Assembly: GCA_044229145.1 (NCBI GenBank)
Contig: JBGATO010000002.1
Span: 45,873 to 109,872, forward strand
From: Candidatus Eiseniibacteriota bacterium
GTDB taxonomy: Bacteria > Eisenbacteria > RBG-16-71-46 > CAZEPH01
Direction of reading: 5' to 3'
DNA length: 64,000 bases
This document shows, one piece after another, positions 8,316-18,700 of the stretch (positions are counted from its first letter, which is position 1; each line of letters begins with the position of its first letter). The notes below the pieces were generated by a model. It searched no databases, was not told the origin of the DNA, and saw nothing but the letters and a program-made list of their open reading frames with translations. Made by a program: the position numbers and the translations under genes.

Positions 8316-9431
8316 CTACTCTGCCGCCGCGAACCCATACGCCGACGCGTGCTGCAGCGGCGGCAACGCCTCGCGCGGCAACAGCAGCGTCCGCACCGCC
8401 CACAGCTCCGTGAAGATGCGGTATTTCGCCGTCGCGTCCAGGTAATCCACGCCGCTCGACCCGCCGGTGCCCATGCGCCGTCCGATCGTGCGTTCGACCA
8501 TGCGGGCGTGGCGGGTCCGCCACAGCACCATGAGTTCCTCGAGTTCGACGATGGTGTCGATCAGAAGCCGCGGCCAGGCGAGCAGCGGCAGTTCGCGGTA
8601 CGACTCGATGAACAGCAGCCCGGCGCGCGTGCGGCGGACCTGCGGCCGTGCGGCGGCGTCCTCGACGTCTTCGGCGAACAGGAAGCGGCGCGCCGCCTCC
8701 TCGGCGGCGCCGAACTGCGCGGTGAGGTGCGCCGTTTCGTGACCTTGCTTCGGGGCGAAGTCGCGCGACTGCCGCGCGTGCAGCGTGTGCTGCGCGGCGA
8801 GGTACGCCTCGAGGAACGCCACCACGCGTGCGTCGTCGCCGGGATCGTCCGGGTGCGATCCGTCGATCGGCGTGCGGTACAGCCACGCGTGCAGCGTCGC
8901 GCGCAGGCTCGGCTCGGCCTGGGCGCGCTCGATGGCGGCCCACGCCTTGGCACCGCCTGGCGAGGCGGCGGCCAAACGGCGGATTGGCGCCAGCGGATCG
9001 CCGCCGCCTTCGCTGTGCCGCTGCGTGTCCGACAGCCCGAGCAGCAACTCGATCTCGCGCATCTGGTACGACTGGAAGCCCGACGCCGGCACCAACTTGT
9101 CGCGGAAGGCGAGGAAGTCCTGCGGCGTCAGCGTCTCCATGACGCGGAACTGGTCGATCGCCAGCTCGAAGATGGTGCCGACGCGGCGCAGGTGATGCAC
9201 CACCCACGGCACCGTCTCCTCCGGCACCTTCGGCTCGCCCAAGCGGTCGCGCGCCAGCCGCAGCTCGCGCAGCACCAGCTTGAACCACAGCTCGAAGACT
9301 TGATGCACGACGATGAAGTGGAGTTCGTCGGAGAGCAGTGCCGTGTCGTCGTCGTCGAGGCCGTTCTGCAGTGCGAGCAGGCGGTCGAGCGCGAGGTAGT
9401 CCCAGTAGGTCGGTGGGGCGGACGAGGACAT
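8316..9431 (-). CDS. kynA: tryptophan 2,3-dioxygenase
   Basis: Start MSSSAPPTYWDYLALDRLLALQ (cat 9429-9431). TDO-family sequence with conserved YWDYL..L......DE..FI..HQ..ELWFK block, consistent with the bacterial TDO family. Confidence 0.85.
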   Translation of the reverse strand: MSSSAPPTYWDYLALDRLLALQNGLDDDDTALLSDELHFIVVHQVFELWFKLVLRELRLARDRLGEPKVPEETVPWVVHHLRRVGTIFELAIDQFRVMETLTPQDFLAFRDKLVPASGFQSYQMREIELLLGLSDTQRHSEGGGDPLAPIRRLAAASPGGAKAWAAIERAQAEPSLRATLHAWLYRTPIDGSHPDDPGDDARVVAFLEAYLAAQHTLHARQSRDFAPKQGHETAHLTAQFGAAEEAARRFLFAEDVEDAAARPQVRRTRAGLLFIESYRELPLLAWPRLLIDTIVELEELMVLWRTRHARMVERTIGRRMGTGGSSGVDYLDATAKYRIFTELWAVRTLLLPREALPPLQHASAYGFAAAE

Positions 9432-9496
9432 GGCGAGATCTCCGGACGGCGCGGGCGAGGCTTGTCGGCGCGCATTACACCGCGCACACTGCGCCC

Positions 9497-10372
9497 ATGT
9501 CCAGCCTGCCGGCGCTCCGCCCGCGCACCGCGCTCGAATGGAAGCGCTTCTATGCCGCCGAGCGCGCCACGCTCGGCGCCGAGGGGCTGCTGCGGCTCGT
9601 CGACGAGGCGCCGCCTTGCGAGTTGCCGCGTGGCGGCGCATTGGTGTTTCCGCACACGCGGCTCGCGCACAGCGGCGTGGTGACAGCGGCGGCGGCGAAG
9701 GCGGTGATCGCGTCGGGTGTGGGAACGGTGCTGGCGCTCGGCGTGCTGCACGGCGGGCGGGAGTGCGATGCGGAGCGCGTCGCCGCCGCGCGGGCGGGCG
9801 ATGTCGCGGCCCGCGCGGCGTTGCGGCGCGTGCACGGGCCTGGCGCTGACGGGGACGATGGCGTCTGGGCCGAAGAGTTCTCGCTCGCCAATTTCCTGGT
9901 GCTGCTCCGCGCTGCGGCGTGGCGCGCGGGACAGCACCCGCCCCTCGTCGTCACACGCTATCCGTTCCTCACGGGCGACGATCCCGAATCCGTGCCGGGA
10001 TTCGACGAGCTGCGACGCCTGCGCGACGGCGGCGCCGCACTCGTCGCCACGGCCGACGCGATCCACCACGGCGTCGGCTACGGCACGCCGGAGAATGAAC
10101 AGCGGCGCCGCGTGGACGCGGCGACCTTCGCCTGGGCGACCCACCGGCTCTCGACGCACCACGGTCTGATCGCCCGCCGCGACTACGCCGAATTTCAGAT
10201 CGACGCGGCGCGGTTGCGCTCGGACTTCCGCGACAACGGTCCGGTGCTCGGCGCGCTGCTCGGCGGCGCTACGTCGTCCCTGCGCCAGTTGCGACTGGTC
10301 AACTACGCCGACGTCTTCGCCTGTGCCGAGCCCACGTGGGTCGCGGCCGCGCTCGTCGCCTACTCCGTGTAA
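9497..10372 (+). CDS. MEMO1-family (LigB-superfamily) protein
   Basis: ATG 9497, divergent from kynA. Motif FPHTRLAHSGVVTAAAAKAV resembles the MEMO1 PHAGYxYSGxxAAxAY signature. Otherwise no recognisable family. Confidence 0.5.
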   Translation: MSSLPALRPRTALEWKRFYAAERATLGAEGLLRLVDEAPPCELPRGGALVFPHTRLAHSGVVTAAAAKAVIASGVGTVLALGVLHGGRECDAERVAAARAGDVAARAALRRVHGPGADGDDGVWAEEFSLANFLVLLRAAAWRAGQHPPLVVTRYPFLTGDDPESVPGFDELRRLRDGGAALVATADAIHHGVGYGTPENEQRRRVDAATFAWATHRLSTHHGLIARRDYAEFQIDAARLRSDFRDNGPVLGALLGGATSSLRQLRLVNYADVFACAEPTWVAAALVAYSV

Positions 10373-10806
10373 CTGCGCCGCCGGCGCCACTCCATGTACT
10401 TCTCCGGCTCGGCGAGCGCGGTGTAGCCGATCTTCGCGTACAGCGGATGCGCGTCGCGCGTCACCAACACCCAGCGGCGGAAGCCTTGCAACGCTTCGTG
10501 ATCGTGCACCACGCGCATCATCCACTCGGCCAGCCCGCGGCCGCGGAACTCCTCGAGCACGTACACGTCGGCGAGATAGCCGAAGGTCGCGAAGTCGGTG
10601 ATGACGCGGCAAAAGCCGATCTGCCGTTCGCCGTCGCCCTCGGCGACGTAGAGCCCGAACGGCATCGAGTGCGCGATGCCGAGCGCCAGCGTCTCGAACG
10701 GAATCCCCGGCGACCAGTACGACCCGACGAGGTAGTCGTGGATCGCCTGCAGGTCGAGCCGGTCCGGATCGTCGCTCAGCGTGAATGCGTCGCGGGTCCA
10801 CTCCAT
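10360..10806 (-). CDS. GNAT-family N-acetyltransferase
   Basis: Start MEWTRDAFTLSDD (cat 10804-10806). GNAT core LYVAEGDGERQIGFCRV...VYVLEEFRGRGLAEWMM. Confidence 0.75.
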   Translation of the reverse strand: MEWTRDAFTLSDDPDRLDLQAIHDYLVGSYWSPGIPFETLALGIAHSMPFGLYVAEGDGERQIGFCRVITDFATFGYLADVYVLEEFRGRGLAEWMMRVVHDHEALQGFRRWVLVTRDAHPLYAKIGYTALAEPEKYMEWRRRRSYTE

Positions 10807-10808
10807 CG

Positions 10809-11732
10809 TCACGCCTCCCGACGCGTCGGCCGCCGCGCCGACGTCGTGATGAGCACCACCGCCGCGATCACCAGCGCGCTGGCGATCCAATGCCGCGTCG
10901 TCAGTTGCTCGCCGCCGAGCGACCAGCCGAGCAGCACGGCCACCACCGGATTGATGTATGCGTAGGTCGAGGCGCGCGCCGGACTCACGTGCTTGAGCAG
11001 CCAGATGTATGCGGTGAATGCCACCAGCGAGCCGAACACGATGAGATAGGCGAGCGACAACCACGCGCGCGTCGTCACCGTCGCCGGATGGAATGCGGGC
11101 CACTGATGCGTCGCCGCCGCCATCAGCGCGAGGCCGGCGCCGCCGGCGAGCATCTCCATCGCCGTGCCCATCGCCGCCGACTGCGGCAGCGGCGCCTGCC
11201 GCGCATACAGCGAGCCCGACGCCCAGCCCATCGCGCCGATCAAGATCGCCACCGTGCCGACGAGATCGAGCGGTTCGCCCGGCAAGATGCTCGACGGGCC
11301 GATGAGCCACGCCACACCCGCGAGGCCGACGAGCAGCCCGAGGATGGTCCCGCCGTGCGGCCGTTGCTTGGTGATGAACGCCCATTCGAGCACCGTCACG
11401 TAGATCGGCGTGATGCCGATCAGCACCGCCGCGAGGCCGCTCGGAATGCGTGTCTCGGCGAACACCACGCCGCCGTGCGACATGCACAACATGCCGACGC
11501 CGATGAGCGCCGCGCTGCGCCACTCGATGCGCCGCGGCCACGGTGCGCCGGTCGCCTTCGCCCACACCAGCATCGCCCCGCCGGCCATCAGGAACCGCAG
11601 TGCCGCCATCACGAATGGCGGCAGCGATTCGAGCGCGAAGCGGATCGCCAGATAGGTCGATCCCCAAATCACGTACACCGCCGCGAACGCGGCGACGAGC
11701 GGGAGCAACGCGGGACGGGACGAGGTGGGCAT
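10809..11732 (-). CDS. EamA/DMT-family transporter
   Basis: Start MPTSSRPALLPLVAAFAAVYVIWGSTYLAIRF (cat 11730-11732). Ten predicted TM helices in two EamA halves. Confidence 0.8.
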   Translation of the reverse strand: MPTSSRPALLPLVAAFAAVYVIWGSTYLAIRFALESLPPFVMAALRFLMAGGAMLVWAKATGAPWPRRIEWRSAALIGVGMLCMSHGGVVFAETRIPSGLAAVLIGITPIYVTVLEWAFITKQRPHGGTILGLLVGLAGVAWLIGPSSILPGEPLDLVGTVAILIGAMGWASGSLYARQAPLPQSAAMGTAMEMLAGGAGLALMAAATHQWPAFHPATVTTRAWLSLAYLIVFGSLVAFTAYIWLLKHVSPARASTYAYINPVVAVLLGWSLGGEQLTTRHWIASALVIAAVVLITTSARRPTRREA

Positions 11733-11814
11733 CGGGCGAGTGTGCGGAGGCGCGGCGGGGGAGGCGAGGTCCAAAGCGGGAGGGTGACGTCGCGGCGCCA
11801 AAATCGTGTATTGC

Positions 11815-12135
11815 CTACTCTCCGTACATCTCCGTCAGCGTGCGGCGGAGCGCGGACGCCTCGACGGCGGTGAGCCGTCCGATCTTGTCGCGCACACGCT
11901 TCTTGCTCACCGTGCGAATCTGATCGACCGCCACGTCGGCCGGTTGCCCCTCGCATTTGACCAGCACGCGTGACCGCCAGGTCGGCCTCGGTTGCGAGGT
12001 AAGCGGACACACCGTGATGGTGTGCAGGTGCCGATTCAGTTCGTCGAGACTGACGATGACGGCCGGCCGAGTCTTGCCGATCTCCGCGCCGCGCACGGGA
12101 TCGAACTCGACCCACACGATGTCGTAGCGCTTCAT
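11815..12135 (-). CDS. mazF: MazF/PemK-family type II toxin (mRNA interferase)
   Basis: Start MKRYDIVWVEFDPVRGAEIGKTRPAVIVS (cat 12133-12135), the classic PemK/MazF N-terminus. Overlaps the upstream antitoxin gene by 4 nt (ATGA). Confidence 0.8.
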   Translation of the reverse strand: MKRYDIVWVEFDPVRGAEIGKTRPAVIVSLDELNRHLHTITVCPLTSQPRPTWRSRVLVKCEGQPADVAVDQIRTVSKKRVRDKIGRLTAVEASALRRTLTEMYGE

Positions 12136-12455
12136 CGCCGCGGCTTCCGCGGCGACTTGGTTTTGTAGGCGGGAGCCTTTTCCGCGACCTTCGAGACCCA
12201 CGGGGCGGATTCGAGCCCGTCGGCATTCGTCGAATCCCATGCCGCCCAATCCTCGACGGCGGCTGCCATTTCACGCGCCGTATCAGCCCACGAGAGCTTC
12301 TCGGCGGCGTTTCCCGCGGGCCGCAGCAGGATGCCGTCGCTACGCTCCTCCATGATGACACTGTCGCCGATGTGGAAGCGCTTGAGCGTCGCGGCGGGAA
12401 TCCGCACGCCGCGCGAGTTGCCGATCTGGGCGATTTTCAGGCGGATAGCTGGCAT
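12132..12455 (-). CDS. mazE: MazE/AbrB-family antitoxin (SpoVT/AbrB domain)
   Basis: Start MPAIRLKIAQIGNSRGVRIPAATLKRFHIGDSV (cat 12453-12455), a swapped-hairpin AbrB fold. Lies immediately upstream of mazF and is translationally coupled to it. Confidence 0.75.
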   Translation of the reverse strand: MPAIRLKIAQIGNSRGVRIPAATLKRFHIGDSVIMEERSDGILLRPAGNAAEKLSWADTAREMAAAVEDWAAWDSTNADGLESAPWVSKVAEKAPAYKTKSPRKPRR

Positions 12456-12516
12456 GTGCTTACAGTAACTACATCGAAAGTGTGCTGTCAATGAGCGCGG
12501 GGCACGCCCGGGCGCG

Positions 12517-13002
12517 TCATGCGCGGATCTCCACCTCGCCCTCGATCTCGACCGGAATGCGGAACGGCAACTCCGCCATCCCGACCGCGCTGCGCGCATG
12601 CGCGCCAACCTCCGGCCCAAACACTTCGAGGATGAGATCGCTGAACCCGTTGATCACCTTCGGCTGTTCGATGAAACCCGGCGCCGAGTTGACCATGCCG
12701 AAGAAGCGTCCGAATGCCGTGATGCGATCGAGGTCGCCCAGCGCACGCTGCAGGCTGCCGAGGATCGACAGCGCCGTAAGACGCGCCGCGACGTAGCCTT
12801 CATCGACCGTGAGGTCGCTCCCGACCTTCCCGAACGGCGCGGCGAATGAACCGTCCGCCGCTTGCGGTCCGTGTCCGCTGATCAGCGCCCGCGTCCCGAC
12901 GACGCGCACGAACTGGAACGGCAGCACGAAGCCGGGCGGCGGCACCGTTGGCGGCGGCAGGACGAGGCCGAGGCCGGCGAGGCGGTTGGCGATCTGGGAC
13001 AT
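12517..13002 (-). CDS. RidA/YjgF/RutC-family protein
   Basis: Start MSQIANRLAGLGLVLPP (cat 13000-13002). 161 aa with the RidA-like C-terminal block GAHARSAVGMAELPFRIPVEIEGEVEI. Confidence 0.8.
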   Translation of the reverse strand: MSQIANRLAGLGLVLPPPTVPPPGFVLPFQFVRVVGTRALISGHGPQAADGSFAAPFGKVGSDLTVDEGYVAARLTALSILGSLQRALGDLDRITAFGRFFGMVNSAPGFIEQPKVINGFSDLILEVFGPEVGAHARSAVGMAELPFRIPVEIEGEVEIRA

Positions 13003-13030
13003 GGGGATCTCCGGAGAACGTTGAGTGCGG

Positions 13031-14009
13031 CTACTGCGAGCCGCCGCCGAGGAGGCACTCCATGTACACGACGCCCTCCAGCGGATTGTCGTAGTACGGC
13101 GCGATCTCGACGAAGCCGAGCGTGCGGTACAGCGCCTGCGCCGCCTGCATCTGCTGTGGCGAGCGTGTCGAGGCGCATCGCGCGGTAGCCGATCTCGCGC
13201 GCCGCATCGAGCACGGCGAGCGCGAGCGCGCGGCCGAGGCCGGTGCCGCGTGCCGAGGGCGTGACGAACAGCCGCTTCATCTCGCAGATGTCGCCGTCGA
13301 GCGGACGCATCGCGATGCAGCCGACGGCGGTGCCTTCGCCCGTTTCCGCCACGAACAGCCGCCCGCGCGGCGGCGCGTACTTGCCCGGCAGCGCCGCGAG
13401 TTCCGCCGAGAAGCCCTGGAAGCACAGATCGAGCGCCGTGTCCTCTTCGTACGCGCGGAACAGCGCCCGCACGGTGTCGAGATCGGCGTCCAGCGCCGGG
13501 CGAATCACGAATGGCGACGAGGTGCCCTGTCCCACGATCGCACTCCTCCTCTCGAGCAACACGGTGTCGCGCCACACGCCGTGCAGACGCCCGACCCGCT
13601 CTCGCACGCCGACGTCGCGGAAGCCGCAGGCGCGATGCAGCGCGAGGCTCGCCGCGTTGTCGGCCAGCACGCCGGCCTGCAGCGTCCACACGCCCGCCGC
13701 CTCCGACGCGGCGATCAGCGCCTCCAGTAATGCGCGGCCGACGCCCTGTCCGCGCGCCGACGCCGCAACGTACAGCCCGACATCCGCGACACCGCGATAG
13801 CACGCCCGCGACGACACCGGCGACAGCGCCGCCCAGCCGACGACCGCGCCGTCGCGCCGCGCCACCAGCCGTCCGGCCGCCAGCCGCGACGCATCGAATC
13901 GCTCCCACGACGGCACCGCCGTCTCGAACGTCGCCATGCCGGTGGCGATGCCCTCGGCATAGATCGCCGCGATGGCCGGCCAGTCGGCGGCTGTGAAGGT
14001 GTCGATCAT
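13031..14009 (-). CDS. tandem-GNAT N-acetyltransferase, apparent +1 frameshift near 3' end
   Basis: Start [17 protein letters not shown] (cat 14007-14009). Two GNAT cores (..[17 protein letters not shown].. and ..[18 protein letters not shown]..). After ...AMRLDTL the frame yields junk. Shifting by one nt at ~13160 restores the canonical GNAT end [42 protein letters not shown], with stop at 13031. Confidence 0.6.
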
Positions 14010-14539
14010 GCGTGTCTCCGGCGATGCGGCCACGTCGGCCCGGGCGGCGGCGGCACCGCCGCGTCCGGCGCCGCGCGCCGCGCGAGTTCGAGCCGCAACG
14101 AATCGAGCCCGCGCGCCATCGCCCAGCGGTGATTGAAGGCGAACAGCGGCCGCAAGAACGGCGTCAGCGCGCGCAAGAGCGGCTTCTCGGCGCGGATGCG
14201 CCAGTCGTAGACGATGTCGACGTCGTCGCCGCGCTGCGTGAACGTCCACTCGCCGCGCCCGACGAAATCGCCCTCGGCGGCGATGGTGAAGCCATGCGGC
14301 GTGCGCACGTCGACGACGCGGAAGTGCCAGCGCAGCGTGTACGGCAGCCAGCCCTTCGTCCACAGCGCGACCCGGCGGCCGACGCCGCGCGCGTCGCCCG
14401 GCTCGACGACGCGGACGTCGAGGTACACGCTTGGCCACCAGCGCGCGAGGCCGGGCGCGTCGCCGAGGATGTCGCTGACCTCCTGCGCGGTGCCGGGCAC
14501 CGTCCAGCGGGTGACGAAGTGGTAGTCGTTGACGGCCAT
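14006..14539 (-). CDS. SRPBCC-family (polyketide cyclase/START-like) protein
   Basis: Start MAVNDYHFVTRWTVPGTAQEVSDILGD (cat 14537-14539). Typical SRPBCC N-terminus. Overlaps the downstream GNAT start by 4 nt. Confidence 0.7.
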   Translation of the reverse strand: MAVNDYHFVTRWTVPGTAQEVSDILGDAPGLARWWPSVYLDVRVVEPGDARGVGRRVALWTKGWLPYTLRWHFRVVDVRTPHGFTIAAEGDFVGRGEWTFTQRGDDVDIVYDWRIRAEKPLLRALTPFLRPLFAFNHRWAMARGLDSLRLELARRAAPDAAVPPPPGPTWPHRRRHA

Positions 14540-14653
14540 CGCCTCTCTCGTGCGCGGAACTGTCGGGGGGAGGACGTATGCTCCGGGGCCCACGCGGAGA
14601 CTCGGAGATTTCATGGACGGACGTTCGGCACCGGCACGGCGGATCGCAGCGCG

Positions 14654-15784
14654 ATGAGATTCCTGCACACCGCCGATTGGCATCTCGGCCGCATGCTCGC
14701 CGGCTACTCGCTGCTCGATGATCAAGCGCACGTCCTCGACCAGTTCGTCGCGCTGGTGCGCGAGACGCGGCCGGACGCCGTGCTGCTCGCCGGAGACGTC
14801 TACGATCGCGCGGTGCCGCCGGCCGACGCGGTCGCGTTGCTCGACGACACGGTCGCGCGTCTGGCGGCGTGCGGCGTGCCGCTCGTCGCGATCGCCGGGA
14901 ATCACGATAGCCCCGAGCGTCTCGGCTTCGGCAGCCGCCTTTTCGCGGGCGGCGGGGTCCACATCGCGGGGCCACTGGGGGCCACGCCGTTGCGCGTGCC
15001 GCTGGCGGACGCGCACGGGCCGCTGCACATCGTCGCGCTGCCGTACGCGGAGCCGGCGGTGGTGCGCGAGGTGCTCGGCCGCGACGACCTCGACTCGCAC
15101 GACGCGGCGATGGGCGCACTGTGCGACGTGGTGCGCGCGGCGACGCCGGCCGGCACGCGGGTGGTGCTCGTCGCGCACGCGTTCGTGGCGGGCGGCGAGG
15201 AGAGCGCGTCGGAGCGCGCGCTGAGCGTCGGTGGCAGCGGCGTCGTGGCGCCGGAGCGCTTCGACGGCTTCGCGTACGTGGCGCTTGGGCACTTGCATCG
15301 CCCGCAGTTGGCGGGCGGGCCGCGCGTGCGCTACAGCGGGTCGCTGCTCAAGTACTCGGCGAGCGAGGCGCTGCAGCGCAAGTCGGTGTCGCTCGTCGAG
15401 GTCGACGCGGCGGGCGCGGCGCAGGTCGAGGAGATCACGCTGGCGCCGCGGCGCGATTTGCGCGTGGTGACAGGCGAACTCGACACGCTGCTGCGCGAGC
15501 CGCCGAGTGACGACTACATCCACGTGCGCCTGCTCGACCGCGAGCCGCCGCACCAGCCGGCGGAGCGGTTGCGCGCGGTGTTTCCGTCTCTGCTCGGCGT
15601 CGAGTTCGCCGGTGTCGACGCGCCCGGCTCGCTGGATGTCACCGCGATCGAACGCACGCGCCGCCGCAGCGACCTCGAGGTGTTCGACGACTTCGTCCGC
15701 GCGATGACCGGCGAGGCGATGTCCGACGCGGAGCGCGAGGCGTTCGCGGCCGCCGTCGGCACGCGTGCGGAGGACGACGCGTGA
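14654..15784 (+). CDS. sbcD: exonuclease SbcCD, nuclease subunit D
   Basis: ATG 14654. MRFLHTADWHLGRML...LLAGDVYDR...IAGNHDSP...GHLHRP: the Mre11/SbcD calcineurin-like phosphoesterase motifs I-V. Confidence 0.9.
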   Translation: MRFLHTADWHLGRMLAGYSLLDDQAHVLDQFVALVRETRPDAVLLAGDVYDRAVPPADAVALLDDTVARLAACGVPLVAIAGNHDSPERLGFGSRLFAGGGVHIAGPLGATPLRVPLADAHGPLHIVALPYAEPAVVREVLGRDDLDSHDAAMGALCDVVRAATPAGTRVVLVAHAFVAGGEESASERALSVGGSGVVAPERFDGFAYVALGHLHRPQLAGGPRVRYSGSLLKYSASEALQRKSVSLVEVDAAGAAQVEEITLAPRRDLRVVTGELDTLLREPPSDDYIHVRLLDREPPHQPAERLRAVFPSLLGVEFAGVDAPGSLDVTAIERTRRRSDLEVFDDFVRAMTGEAMSDAEREAFAAAVGTRAEDDA

Positions 15785-18700
15785 AGCCGCTGCGGCTACG
15801 TCTCCGCGCCTTTGGCGCCTTCGCCGGCGAGTGCGACCTCGACTTCCGCACCCTCGGCGCGCGCACCTTCTTCCTCATCCACGGGCCCACGGGCGCGGGG
15901 AAGTCGACCATCCTCGACGCGCTCTGCTTCGCCCTGTACGGCGAAAGCTCCGGCGACGAGCGCAGCGGCGCGCAACTGCGCTCCGATTACGCCGCGCCCG
16001 AGACGCCGACCGACGTCACGCTCGACTTCGCCGTCGGACGCGAGATCTACCGTGTCCAGCGCGCGCCTGAATACGAACGGGCGAAGAAGCGCGGCGAGGG
16101 CACCACGACCGTGAAGGCGTCGGCGACGTTGTGGCGCCGCACTGGCTGCGCGCGCGACGAGGACGAGGGCCGCGTGCTGGCCGCCAAGCCGAGCGACGCG
16201 ACGAAGGAAATCGAGCGCTTGCTCGGCTTCCGCGCCGAGGAGTTCCGCCACGTCGTCGTGTTGCCGCAGGGCCGCTTCCGCGAGGTGCTGACGTCGTCGA
16301 CGGACGATCGCAAGGCGATCTTCGAGAAGCTGTTCCGCACCGCGCGGTTCGCGTCGGTGCAGAAGACGCTCGACACGCGGGCGAAGGAGGCGCGGCGCGC
16401 GCTCGACGACGCGCTGACGGCGGTGCAGGCGCTACTCGATCGCGCCGGCGTCGCGGACGATGCCGGACTCGCCGCGCAGGTGGGCGAGCTGGCCGCGGCG
16501 GAAACGGCGGCGGCGGCGGCGTTGCAGACGGCGGCCGCGGCCGAGGCGCATGCGCGTGCGACGTTGCAGGCGGCGCAGGAGGTCGACGCGAAGTTCGTCG
16601 AGGCGGCGAACGCCGATGCGGCGCTGACCGCGTTGGAAGCGGAGCAGGCGACGCATGTCGCGCGTGCCGCGCGGCTGGAGGCCGCCGGGCGCGCGACGCA
16701 CGTGGACGCCGCGGCGCAGGCGGCGGTGACGGCGGGCGAGGAGGTTGCCCGCGCGCAGACCCGCGCGGATCAGGCCGGCGTGGCCGCGTCGGAGGCAACT
16801 GCGCGCGCGGCGCAGGCGAGCGAGGCGCGGGCGACGCGGAGGCGCGCGTGCCGGAGCAGGCCGCCGCGCGCCGAGGAGGCGTGGGCTCGACGCGCTCGCC
16901 GTGCATGCGAGTGCGTGGGACAGAGGCGCGTGGGAGCATGGCGGAGGCGGCGCGGACGGCGCTCGACGCTGCGGGGCGCGCGACGGCCGCGGGTGCGGCG
17001 GAAGCGTGCGACGCCGCGCGCCTCGGCGCGGCGAACGCCGCCGTCGCCGCGACGCCTGCGCGCCGAGGCCGCGAAGGCAGAGGCCGCGCGCCGCGCCGCC
17101 TCCGACGCGGCGGCGCTCTGCACGACGGCACAACAGGCCGCCGACCTCGCTCGCACGCTGGCGACAGAGCGCGATGTCGTCGAGAGCGACCAGGGCGCCG
17201 TCGCCCGCGCGCAGGAGATGGCTGCCGCCGCCCACGAGCAGGTCGCCGCGTGCAGCTGCGTGGCTCGCAGATCAGGCGGCGCTGCTCGCCGCGCGCCTCG
17301 TCGACGGCGAGCCGTGCGCCGTCTGCGGCGCCCGCACCCGGCGCCGGCGCGCGTCGACGGTGGCGGCGTCTCGTCCGGTGACCTCACCACCGCGCGCGAC
17401 GCCGCGCGTACCGCCGATGCCGCGGTGGCCACTGCGCTCGAAGCGCTCGGACGCTCGCAGGCTGCCGTCGCACGCTCCGAGGAGAAACTCGCCGGCCTGC
17501 TCCGCGCACTGCCCGCTTTCGAGGGCGACGTCGACGCGCATGTGCCGGCTGGCGCGCCGTCGCCGAGGACGCGGCGGCGAGCCGCCGCGGCCGAGGAGGC
17601 GGCGAGCCGGCTCCCCGCATTGCAGGCCGCCGCGGACGCGGCATCCGCCGCCTTGCGACCGCCAGCACCGCCGCCGACACCGCGCGCGGCGACGTGCAGC
17701 GCCTCGAAGGCGCGGCGGCGGCGGCCGCCGCTGCCCTTGCCCGCGCCGAGGCCGCGCTCCCGCCGGGTGGCGCTCGGCGCGACGGCGCCCTCGAGGCCGC
17801 GCGCACCGCGCACCAGGCGACGATCGAGGCCATCGATGCCGCGCCCACGCAGAGCCGCGCCGACGATCGACCGCCGCCCAGGCCGCCGTGGCGGCGGCCG
17901 CCGCCACGGCCGCACGCGAGCACCTCGCCGAGCGCACGACCGCCGCCACCGCCGCCGAATCCGCCTTCCTCGCCGCATGCACAGCGCATGGATTCGCCGA
18001 CGCCACCGCCTACCGCGCCGCGCGACTCGACGCCGCGGAACACGCCGCCCTGCGCGCTGCCCACGACGCGCACGAGCAAGCGCTCGCCGCCGCCCGCGAC
18101 CGCCGCGACCGCGCCGCCGCCGCGCTCGACGGTCTCGCACGCCCTGACCTCGCCGCCGCGCGCGACGCGGACGCCGCCGCCACCGCGCAGCGCACCGCCG
18201 CCGCCACCGCGCACGGCACGGCGCGCGAACGCCACGCCGCCGCCGTCGCCACGCGCGCGAGATCGCCACGCGCCGCGCCGCGCGCCGAGGATGAAGCGCG
18301 CTACCGCACGCTGCAGCGCCTCGCCGACCTCGCCTCCGGCAAGTCGACGCCGCGCCGCATCGACTTCCACACCTACGTGCAACTCGCGTATCTCGCCGAC
18401 GTGCTCGCCGCCGCCAGCCGCCGTTTGCTGGCGATGACAGGCGGCCGCTTCCGCCTCGTCACCCACGAGGCGGCACTCGACAAGCGCGCGAAGGAAGGTC
18501 TCGACATCGACGTGTTCGACGCGAACACCGGCGCCGTGCGCTCGGCCCGCACGCTCTCGGGCGGCGAAGGCTTCATGGCGGCGCTCAGTCTGGCGCTCGG
18601 CCTCGCCGACGTCGTGCAGCGCACCACCGGCGGCATCCACCTCGACACCATCTTCGTCGACGAAGGATTCGGCAGCCTCGATCAAGAATCGCTGGACGCC

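Noticed and set aside
12882-15119. 745-aa minus-strand composite ORF
   Set aside because: Not one gene. It concatenates upstream junk, the tandem-GNAT gene and (via the frameshift at ~13160) runs on through the RidA gene in a wrong frame. Resolved into separate genes above.
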